A DNA stretch of 58,539 nucleotides. Source: Alphaproteobacteria bacterium (GTDB lineage: Bacteria > Pseudomonadota > Alphaproteobacteria > Rs-D84). Below the pieces are notes generated by a model that saw only the letters and a program-made list of their open reading frames with translations, was not told the DNA's origin and ran no database searches. The stretch covers positions 1 through 58,539 of the forward strand of contig JAFURS010000040.1 in the NCBI GenBank assembly GCA_017471805.1, in the 5' to 3' direction. Position numbers and translations under genes: made by a program. Every line of letters starts with the position of its first letter. Position 1 is the stretch's first letter. Below are positions 1 through 7,999 of this stretch, one piece after another.

Positions 1-120
1 GTCAACAAAGCTGTTCGAAGATTGGTAAAATTTGGTGTTTTTTGAATAAGCTGTTTTCGAATATTTAAAATTATTAGAAATCTAAAGAAAAACCTCACTT
101 TTGAAGTTCGGTGTATCTTT

Positions 121-303
121 TGGTGGGAGTGGCTGATTCCCTCGGACTTAGTCCTGCGGGGCATTCGTTAGCGCTCGAACTGCGCTCTGCTTGTTCTTGC
201 TTACTCATTGTCGAACCTGCAATCATACGATTGCGTGTTTCAAATCCATAAACCACATTCACCGAAATAAAAAACACCCCACACAGGGGGTGTTTTTTAT
301 TTC
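121..303 (-). repeat. 183-bp tRNA-linked unit ending in a copy of the tRNA-Tyr 3' end
   Basis: tggtgggagtggctg at 121-135 equals 304-318 (tRNA-Tyr 3' 15 nt incl. CCA). The unit contains GGTTCGA and small hairpins. Confidence 0.7.
264..303 (-). terminator. intrinsic terminator after tRNA-Gly/tRNA-Tyr
   Basis: Perfect 17-bp inverted repeat gaaataaaaaacacccc / ggggtgttttttatttc with a 6-nt loop and U-tracts on both strands. Confidence 0.85.
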
Positions 304-390
304 TGGTGGGAGTGGCTGGATTCGAACCAGCTCAGGCTTAAGCCAACAGATTTACAGTCTGCCCCGGCTCTCCAACTCCGGCGCACGCCC
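304..390 (-). tRNA. tRNA-Tyr(GTA)
   Basis: Cloverleaf on minus strand: anticodon arm GCAGA-CTGTAAA-TCTGT, long variable arm, T-arm GCTGG-TTCGAAT-CCAGC, encoded CCA. Confidence 0.95.
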
Positions 391-396
391 AATCCC

Positions 397-471
397 TGGT
401 GCGGGCAGCGGGAATCGAACCCGCATTTCAAGCTTGGAAGGCTTGCATACTAGCCTTTGTACTATGCCCGC
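397..471 (-). tRNA. tRNA-Gly(TCC)
   Basis: GCGGGCA/TGCCCGC acceptor stem, anticodon loop CTTCCAA, GGTTCGATTCC T-arm, encoded CCA. Confidence 0.96.
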
Positions 472-583
472 AACAAATTGAAAGCCATACGATTATATAC
501 AATATGAAAACAAAATCAAGAAAATATTAACCTCCAAACAAACTTTCCCCACTCTTAACAAAAAAACTTTTCAAGGGAACAAC

Positions 584-1324
584 CTATTCTTTCTTTTGCT
601 GTCTTGCCGCCTGACTAAGGGCATAACTTTTATCACGCAAACATATCCGCATATTATCAAAACATTCCTGAAAATCTTTTTTCTTGGTAATTTTTTTATA
701 GTCCAGACAATCAACATTGTTTGTTTTCGACGTCACAGTACACTTAATAGAATTGACAGTTGTATTATTTAACAAATTAAAATCATTTTCCAATTGCTTG
801 CGCAATTCCAGACTAATATTATCTGCATTACCCGACATATTTGAAATAGTATTCATATTATTATTCAAACACGTCATAACATCCATTGGCAGCAATTCAT
901 TATTACAATTCTTGACCCCTGCCATAAAGATATTACGGTCATTTGACTTAAACGTTGTGCCAGATGAACTATTGGACGATGCGGCCCCTTTTGCCTCTAA
1001 CCCTGTTGTCAAAACAGCTTTTTCCAACTGAACCTTGAAACGTCGAATCATCGCCTCTAAATATTCATATTGCTTGTTCATCTGTTGTGTCATAACAGTT
1101 GTTTTCAACGCCACAACATCCTTCATCAACTGCTTATCCGCCCCTGATGGATTTTTTGTTCCACCGATATTATACACGTGTGTTGAACACAGTGCCAATT
1201 CCGGCACAATTCTATCATTTGTCTCTGACTCGCATCCTGTATCCGCGAATCCCGACGCCATAAACACCCCGCCCATCCCCAGACAGACAAACATCACAAC
1301 AAAAATCTTTTTTATTTTTTTCAT
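584..1324 (-). CDS. exported hypothetical protein, Cys-containing, helical
   Basis: 246 aa ORF with a Sec signal (MKKIKK plus hydrophobic stretch, ASGFA) and 8 Cys after the signal; starts 3 nt after the upstream gene. Confidence 0.8.
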   Translation of the reverse strand: MKKIKKIFVVMFVCLGMGGVFMASGFADTGCESETNDRIVPELALCSTHVYNIGGTKNPSGADKQLMKDVVALKTTVMTQQMNKQYEYLEAMIRRFKVQLEKAVLTTGLEAKGAASSNSSSGTTFKSNDRNIFMAGVKNCNNELLPMDVMTCLNNNMNTISNMSGNADNISLELRKQLENDFNLLNNTTVNSIKCTVTSKTNNVDCLDYKKITKKKDFQECFDNMRICLRDKSYALSQAARQQKKE

Positions 1325-1327
1325 TTA

Positions 1328-3169
1328 TTAAAATTTCCGCAAAAGTCTTTTATCTTTCGAACAACCCCACACACTCGGATTATATTTGGCTAACCCACAC
1401 ATACAATAATCACCAAAACTCAATGCACTTCCATCGTGAACACCACCTGTTTTGATACACTCATTTTGTGCTAATGTCTGCATATAGTTGCCACCTTGTA
1501 AACTGGTCACACACCAGCCGTCCTCCCAAACACCACTACATTCGCAACGACCACCATTCCACGAACCCCAGAAATACAAACAAACATTTTCTTTGTTATA
1601 TTCTGGATTTTTATTTCCTAAATCCCCAAACGATTGCCCCCTATAATCCGTCACACGACCACCCGACAACCACGTTGTTTCCAGATTTTTATCTGTTGTG
1701 CAAATTTTCTTTGGCAATGTTTTTGTCGATACTGCCTTTTGCAATGACTGATAACCCGACGACGTCACGGCACAATACTTTACCCCATCTGGGTCTGGGC
1801 TCAACGACCCTGCAAAGCGATTCCCACCATATATTTCTGGTGCGTCTTGTTCAATAATACGTTCCAACGTTTCAATATCTATCGACGCCTGTTTTTTACG
1901 CCCACGGAAAAATACTGATGATTCCAATGCCGCCGACGCACACCCTATGCGAATCATATCATCACTGTCCCCTGTTTCCGCATACAACCAATTTCGCTGA
2001 ACTTCTTCTTTGTCATCCAATGTTCTTTGCAATACACAGGCCGGACTATCTTCGGCGGGAATAACCTGACCTTCATAACATTCCGCCCCACCGTTTGTTG
2101 TTTTCGACCGACGTGACCTGCGATTCTGACAATTGTCACTATTATATGTTTCCCGTGCCGTAGAAGAACACAAATATTCCCCCCACCGATTACATGACCC
2201 ATTTAACATCATATAAATATCGGTAATATCAACCCCAACCGCCTGGGCTGTAATCAGCGCATCATACAATTCGTTCAACACATCATTATACGGCTCAAAG
2301 AACTGCAATGCCTTGGTCTTGAAAACCTTGACCCGTTTTGGTCCAACACAGTTATTACCCGACATATCACATCCTGCATATTCGAACGCATTTTGCATTG
2401 TTGCTTTCAGTGATTTCAACGCAACCTCGGCCGCCTCTATCTTGGACATAATTTGCCCAGAAACCTGTTGACGTGCCAAAATATCTGCTGCAACGCCCTG
2501 CTGTGCGGCGGCAATCTGTTCATCTGACAAAGCACCTGTTGATGCGGTTGCGCCGCCCGAACCTGTTGCGCCCTGATTATTTGACTGCTTTTCCACGGCG
2601 GCCGCCGTCAACGCTTTTTGTTCATCCAATGCCGCCTGCATTTGTGCCATTTGTTGGGCATTTTGTTGTTGCATTTCATATTGCATTTGCGCCATCTGCT
2701 GTTGCATCTGTTGCAGTTGCGCATTATTTTGTGCCGCCACCGATTGCGCCGCCGCCTGTTGTGCTGCTATTTCTGCCTGCTGTGCCTTATTTGTCGCCGT
2801 TGACACCATCTGTGCAGAAATAAATTCAATCAAATCATCGCCATATTTTTTACAGACTTCATTGCTATTAACACACCCCGAAACAATCGGCCGTGCAATT
2901 TCCATTGTTGTGCAACCCGAACACTTTGGTTGCGCACAGCGCAAAATCAAAGAATTACAATTTCCAAAATCAGCCGTTGGCGCCGCATCCACCGCCCCTG
3001 TTGCCAGCGTCCGATTATTCATCAACTGATTCCAGTTATTATTATTTGTTGCCCCTGAATTTCCGTTCCAGGCGGTTAAATTACTGCCTGCGGTGGTTGC
3101 AACCTGCGCCCCTGCGACAAACGGACACAGACAACATACGAATAACAAAAATTGCTTAAAAAACTTCAT
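1328..3169 (-). CDS. large exported Cys-rich protein with Gln/Ala/Met coiled coil
   Basis: 613 aa; signal peptide ending VAGA; Q/M-rich segment; about 24 Cys in the mature part. No family recognised. Confidence 0.85.
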   Translation of the reverse strand: MKFFKQFLLFVCCLCPFVAGAQVATTAGSNLTAWNGNSGATNNNNWNQLMNNRTLATGAVDAAPTADFGNCNSLILRCAQPKCSGCTTMEIARPIVSGCVNSNEVCKKYGDDLIEFISAQMVSTATNKAQQAEIAAQQAAAQSVAAQNNAQLQQMQQQMAQMQYEMQQQNAQQMAQMQAALDEQKALTAAAVEKQSNNQGATGSGGATASTGALSDEQIAAAQQGVAADILARQQVSGQIMSKIEAAEVALKSLKATMQNAFEYAGCDMSGNNCVGPKRVKVFKTKALQFFEPYNDVLNELYDALITAQAVGVDITDIYMMLNGSCNRWGEYLCSSTARETYNSDNCQNRRSRRSKTTNGGAECYEGQVIPAEDSPACVLQRTLDDKEEVQRNWLYAETGDSDDMIRIGCASAALESSVFFRGRKKQASIDIETLERIIEQDAPEIYGGNRFAGSLSPDPDGVKYCAVTSSGYQSLQKAVSTKTLPKKICTTDKNLETTWLSGGRVTDYRGQSFGDLGNKNPEYNKENVCLYFWGSWNGGRCECSGVWEDGWCVTSLQGGNYMQTLAQNECIKTGGVHDGSALSFGDYCMCGLAKYNPSVWGCSKDKRLLRKF

Positions 3170-3225
3170 TTTCTCTCTACAACCACAATTTTAACATAAA
3201 ATATAAATATATAAAAGCCAATTTT

Positions 3226-3717
3226 TTACATTTTCATACCACTAATTCGCATCATATTACTATGCGCCAGCGCAATTGCAATTGCATCGGCTTCGTCTGG
3301 GGTCTTTGGATTTGCGACCGGCAATAATATTTTTACCATTTTATCTACGGCAGATTTATCTGCGTGCCCTGCCCCGGTCAAAGCCTTTTTTATTTTATTA
3401 GGTTCATATTCAAACACTGGGATTTCTTTGTTTGCAACTGCCACAATGGCGGCGGCACGTGCGTGTCCCAGTATTAACGTCGTCTGTGGATTTTTATTTA
3501 CAAAGGTAATTTCAATACTGCATTCATTGGGACAAAACGTATCACACAGTTCGCTTACCCCCCGAAAAATAGTCGTCAATCTTTCTGCGAACGATAATTT
3601 TGTTTTTGGCAAAATAACCCCACTGGCCACATACTTACGTGAAGCCCCCTCAACATCAACAACCGCCCAACCTGTGTGAATTAGCCCCGGGTCAATACCC
3701 AAAATACGTTTTTTCAT
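3226..3717 (-). CDS. ruvC: Holliday junction resolvase RuvC
   Basis: ILGIDPG, IEITF, KKALTGAGHADK and DEADAIAIA motifs. Confidence 0.96.
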   Translation of the reverse strand: MKKRILGIDPGLIHTGWAVVDVEGASRKYVASGVILPKTKLSFAERLTTIFRGVSELCDTFCPNECSIEITFVNKNPQTTLILGHARAAAIVAVANKEIPVFEYEPNKIKKALTGAGHADKSAVDKMVKILLPVANPKTPDEADAIAIALAHSNMMRISGMKM

Positions 3718-4043
3718 TTTCTAAAACTTATCTTACTAACTGCATCATAACCAAAGTATTTATTTATACGTGCCTTTATTTCATCTGTTCTGTATGACAA
3801 TTGCAACACGAACGCAGGACTTGTTGGTCTAATAACGACATTAAAAGTATTATCACGATTTTTTTTAATTGCCGCCAAGTGTGCGACCGCCGCAATCTCG
3901 GCCCCCATAATTTCATCCCAACGTTGCAGCAAATCAGAATCAGACGCCCGCACCCCAAAAATTTTAATCAGTCCCCCCAACGCCCCAGCAATTGTCTGGG
4001 GACGTTTTAATCTCTCGTTAAATTTTTTATCGTGGCTTGACAT
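3714..4043 (-). CDS. dciA: DUF721/DciA family protein (replicative helicase loader)
   Basis: RWDEIMGAEIA, LQLSY and RINKYFGYDAVSKISF patterns typical of DUF721; ATGA overlap with ruvC. Confidence 0.8.
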   Translation of the reverse strand: MSSHDKKFNERLKRPQTIAGALGGLIKIFGVRASDSDLLQRWDEIMGAEIAAVAHLAAIKKNRDNTFNVVIRPTSPAFVLQLSYRTDEIKARINKYFGYDAVSKISFRK

Positions 4044-5127
4044 AAGAATATTCTTTTGGCATCAGTATAAACATCTGTCCCTGTGCGTGTTGTCCCTGGG
4101 CGAACTTATATGCCTCGTCCCCTTTACCAAAGAAGATATCCGCACGAATCCAGCCACGAATTGCACTACCTGTATCTTGCGCAATCATCAGACGACGGAA
4201 CGCCCGTCCATCTGACAGATTTGTATTAACATACACCGGCAATCCCAACGTATATAAATCATCGTCCATTGCGACACTGCGAATCTTAGACAACGGTGTT
4301 CCCAACTTACCAATCACATCTGGCGGTGTTGATTCATAGAAATAAACATAACGTGGATTTTTATAAATCACATCTTTTGCCAACGTCGGATTTGCCTTCA
4401 AGTGCTGCCACACTGCCTCTGACGAGAATCCCCCCTTTGGTCGAATCCCACGATTACGCAGTTCTTCGCCAATTGACTTAAACGGCATATCATTAACGGC
4501 GGCAAAATTCAATTTAACATCCGTCCCATCTTCCAGACGCAAATTCCCCGACCCCTGGATTTGAATATTTTGCACATCGACAATATTCGCCCAATACAAG
4601 ACACGACCTATCTTATTTTCGACAATATCTTTCTTTGGCACACCCTTATACTTTCGCCCGTCTGTTGGAATCCCCATCAGCGGTTCATTACACTGTGCTG
4701 TCTTCGTGCGACAGGCCGGAATAATTGGCGAATAATATCCTGTATATGTTCCCTTGTCCCCACCATTTTCATTATAAATCTGATACGGTTGAAAATGTGA
4801 TTCAAACCAGGCACGGACCGTTGCGACATCTGCGGACGCACTTGGCAACATTCTGCACTTTTCTGCGAACAGTTCTTTATCTGGGATTAAGCGACCTGTA
4901 TATTGAATTTTTGCCTTGCACGAATTACGAAATGCCTGCAACGCATATCGCACATCATCATCACGCCAGCCTGGCAAATCATTATACGACACCCGCTTAA
5001 AGTTCGACGGAATAACCGAATTATCCCCGGACACCGTTGGCGTTGAAACGTCGCACCCCGCCATAAAAACCAGCACCCCCAGCCCTAACAAGCCCTTAAA
5101 AATCATATTTTTTTGAAAAAAACGCAT
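4027..5127 (-). CDS. mltA: membrane-bound lytic murein transglycosylase A (lipoprotein)
   Basis: Lipobox MAGC; TGYY, IQIQGSG, NPRYVYF, QDTGSAIRG and DIFFGKG motifs. Start taken at ATG 5127. Confidence 0.93.
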   Translation of the reverse strand: MRFFQKNMIFKGLLGLGVLVFMAGCDVSTPTVSGDNSVIPSNFKRVSYNDLPGWRDDDVRYALQAFRNSCKAKIQYTGRLIPDKELFAEKCRMLPSASADVATVRAWFESHFQPYQIYNENGGDKGTYTGYYSPIIPACRTKTAQCNEPLMGIPTDGRKYKGVPKKDIVENKIGRVLYWANIVDVQNIQIQGSGNLRLEDGTDVKLNFAAVNDMPFKSIGEELRNRGIRPKGGFSSEAVWQHLKANPTLAKDVIYKNPRYVYFYESTPPDVIGKLGTPLSKIRSVAMDDDLYTLGLPVYVNTNLSDGRAFRRLMIAQDTGSAIRGWIRADIFFGKGDEAYKFAQGQHAQGQMFILMPKEYSYVKPR

Positions 5128-5239
5128 TTTTATCCCGTCTCCCACTTGTAAAAACTTTTTCTGATGTTATATTAACATAAAACACGGACCAAAGTCCAGA
5201 CATTACATTCGCCAGAATACAATTCGAAGGAGAAAACAA

Positions 5240-5686
5240 ATGGCAAAATTTAGTATCATCTCTCAGTTTTTAAAAGACATTTCATTTGAAAGCCCAAACG
5301 TTCCAGAATTATTTTTCAAATCTGACAACGGCCAGGCAAAACTTGAAATCAACATAGACATTCAGATTAAAGGTGCCGAAAACAATTTGTTTATGGTTGA
5401 CCTGATTACCAAGGTTCATTCGAAATTGGAAAATGGCGACAAATCTATCTTTTTGATTGAATCCACATATTCTGGTCTGGTTCAATTGGGCGAACAGGAA
5501 ATTGACGACGAAACCAAGAAACAAACATTACTGATTGATGTTCCAACATTATTGTTCCCTGCGGTTCGCAGTTTGATTACACGTCTGACATCTGAATCAG
5601 GGTTCCCAACATTTACAATGCAGCCTGTTGATTTTGCACAACTGTATGCGCAAAAGCAGACACAATCTCAACCTGCCCAGGCATAA
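5240..5686 (+). CDS. secB: protein-export chaperone SecB
   Basis: QFLKDISFESPN, PTLLFP, GFP and PVDFAQLY motifs; SD AAGGAG. Confidence 0.95.
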   Translation: MAKFSIISQFLKDISFESPNVPELFFKSDNGQAKLEINIDIQIKGAENNLFMVDLITKVHSKLENGDKSIFLIESTYSGLVQLGEQEIDDETKKQTLLIDVPTLLFPAVRSLITRLTSESGFPTFTMQPVDFAQLYAQKQTQSQPAQA

Positions 5687-5707
5687 CCCAAAATAAAAAG
5701 GCAAAAG

Positions 5708-5737
5708 AAAAAATCCCCAAAATATGGGGATTTTTTT
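5708..5737. terminator. bidirectional intrinsic terminator
   Basis: aaaaaatcccca-aaata-tggggatttttt between convergent genes. Confidence 0.85.
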
Positions 5738-5739
5738 AA

Positions 5740-6477
5740 TTAAAACAATATATTTATTTGAAATCCAACCTGAATGTCATCAGATTCAAATTCAAAATCT
5801 GCGTGTCCAATATATTGTGTGCGTCCATATTGACGAACAACCTTGAAATGCAACCACTCTTGATCAAAATCAGTATCATCGATTGGGTCCTTGTGGGTTG
5901 CCTTGCGAATAGTCAAACCTGTTCCAATCCGCCAATCTGGTGCGGTTCTAAAATAAGCCTCTGGCGAAAAATCCAAGAATGCCACACCACGTGTATCATC
6001 AAACACCCAGGTTGACTTTACCGTTGCCGCCAACGTCAAACCGGCCCATTGCCGTCCAAAACGCAGCCCAACATAATAGGTAGAATCTGCATAATCTGGT
6101 GTTCTGACCTGTGAACTGCCGCCGAATTTAAACCCGAACAAAACATCAGAAATTATATTTGCACTGTTATCCCCTGCATTCGACAGACGATAGACACCAC
6201 CCAAATCAACTGCGGAAAAACCATCTTCCTTGCCATTAAAATCCTGTTGATAGTGAACATCCACCCCAATGGCCAAACGTTCATTCATACCATATGATAT
6301 CGATTGCCCTGCCCGCAAGATATGGTCCCAGTATGTAATTGACGATTGTGTAAAAATTTCTTCTTGTCCCTGCAAAAACAACGGGTCTGACGTATCATTT
6401 GCTAAATCATTTGCATACGCCAGCGACGAAATCGAAACACCGGCACATATCATCAAAAGCGACAAAATTTTTTTCAT
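5740..6477 (-). CDS. outer-membrane beta-barrel protein
   Basis: Signal peptide (AYA), alternating amphipathic strands, C-terminal Phe (GFQINILF). Confidence 0.8.
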   Translation of the reverse strand: MKKILSLLMICAGVSISSLAYANDLANDTSDPLFLQGQEEIFTQSSITYWDHILRAGQSISYGMNERLAIGVDVHYQQDFNGKEDGFSAVDLGGVYRLSNAGDNSANIISDVLFGFKFGGSSQVRTPDYADSTYYVGLRFGRQWAGLTLAATVKSTWVFDDTRGVAFLDFSPEAYFRTAPDWRIGTGLTIRKATHKDPIDDTDFDQEWLHFKVVRQYGRTQYIGHADFEFESDDIQVGFQINILF

Positions 6478-6506
6478 TTTCCCCCTCCCTATACATCATA
6501 TAATGA

Positions 6507-6532
6507 TTGCCCCAAGATAACACCTGGGGCAA
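6507..6532 (-). terminator. hairpin after the large OMP gene
   Basis: ttgcccca...tggggcaa stem; weak U-tail. Confidence 0.5.
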
Positions 6533-6551
6533 ACATTTCAAGTTTTATACC

Positions 6552-7841
6552 TTAGAACTGGAACATAACCTGTAAACCAATTTTGGTTTCTGAATAGTTA
6601 TCAATCTTTGCTGTTCCCAATTCTGTAAATTCGGTCATTTCAACTTTTGAACCATCACTTGCTTCATAGAACGCACCTGGTTCTTTCCAATAGAAACCTA
6701 AATCTTTGCCATCGGCACTGTCATAGAACGCCATTTTTGCATAAAGATTTAATGCGAACCAATCATTTGGTTGCCATCCAATTGCGCCCTTGATACTGCC
6801 CTGATTATGCCAATCATAATCACCAAAGATTGCCTCTACATTCAATGTCCAATCTTCGTTCAAGACACTAAACACACCGGCCCCCGCTTCCAGATACATA
6901 ACACTTGTATCGCCGACCTGGTATGGTAAATACATTGTTGATTCGCCACCCAATGGATTAGTTCCCGTCACACCATTGCCATATGAATTACCATCTAAAT
7001 CAACATACCAACCACGTGCCAAACCATATATTGTTGATGACGCAACCTTGTATCCACCCTTTAATTCAATCAGATAATTATTTGCAATATCTTTTTGATG
7101 CTGGAAATACGCAGACGCAGTTGCAATCCATTTTTCATTATCAACGAAACGCCACTGCCCACCAAATCCGAATAAATTCAGACCATTGTCATCCATTTTA
7201 TCATCTGGGGATTCATCGTCCCATTCGAATTTATATTCATTTGCATCATACTGCAACATTGCCATAATTGCGATACGATCTGTGATACCATAACTAAAAT
7301 CTTCTTTGATTGAAAATCCTGTCATATCCCACTTACCGCCATATCCATTCCAGGCCGTCACAGGATTATCAGACACATCAAAAACTGGCACAGTCTGATT
7401 TATTGTAAAATCATAAGAATTCATATTATAAGACAAATCCGTATGTGACCCAAACATACCTTCCAACGGCTGATAGAACGGATGTGCCAAGAAATATTTA
7501 CGTTTCATCTTGTTCACAACTTTTTCCGACCGTGTTGTCCGTGTTGTTGTCTTACTTGACTTTGCAGACGAAGACCCTGCCCCCTCGTATTGTTTATACA
7601 ATGCGCTACGATTTGCAGGTTTTGAATAATACAAATCACCTGCATCTTTGGATTCATATGTCTTTGTTAACGTGCGTGTTTGATATTTTTCATAGTTAAC
7701 ATTTTCACGTGTTCGTGTGGCGGGTGCGCCTGACAAATCTGCACTGGACCCTGCCCGTGTTCCCCAATTTGTTGCCGCATCTGCATTAACCGCTGCGATT
7801 GCTGCCAACATACCAAAAAAAACAGAACCTAATTTTTTCAT
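6552..7841 (-). CDS. outer-membrane beta-barrel protein with Ser/Thr/Lys-rich N-terminal extension
   Basis: SD AAGGAG before ATG 7841; signal peptide (ADA); aromatic-rich strands; C-terminal GLQVMFQF. Confidence 0.82.
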   Translation of the reverse strand: MKKLGSVFFGMLAAIAAVNADAATNWGTRAGSSADLSGAPATRTRENVNYEKYQTRTLTKTYESKDAGDLYYSKPANRSALYKQYEGAGSSSAKSSKTTTRTTRSEKVVNKMKRKYFLAHPFYQPLEGMFGSHTDLSYNMNSYDFTINQTVPVFDVSDNPVTAWNGYGGKWDMTGFSIKEDFSYGITDRIAIMAMLQYDANEYKFEWDDESPDDKMDDNGLNLFGFGGQWRFVDNEKWIATASAYFQHQKDIANNYLIELKGGYKVASSTIYGLARGWYVDLDGNSYGNGVTGTNPLGGESTMYLPYQVGDTSVMYLEAGAGVFSVLNEDWTLNVEAIFGDYDWHNQGSIKGAIGWQPNDWFALNLYAKMAFYDSADGKDLGFYWKEPGAFYEASDGSKVEMTEFTELGTAKIDNYSETKIGLQVMFQF

Positions 7842-7999
7842 AATAAACAACTCCTTTTAGTGAAATTATATCATAAATATTCATTATAAAAAAGTTAAAA
7901 ACACCAAACGATAAACATTTCACTATACAACCAACCTATGCCCCCACACACATATATTGCATAATTTTTTTGGACTTAGTTTTAGATAAATTGCTATAT

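Noticed and set aside
1-45. Possible 3' end of a gene (VNKAVRRLVKFGVF*)
   Set aside because: Too short and truncated by the window edge; the frame cannot be chosen.
95-481. Track ORFs 95..277 (-) and 191..481 (+)
   Set aside because: They overlap the tRNA genes, terminator and tRNA-linked repeat; no protein features.
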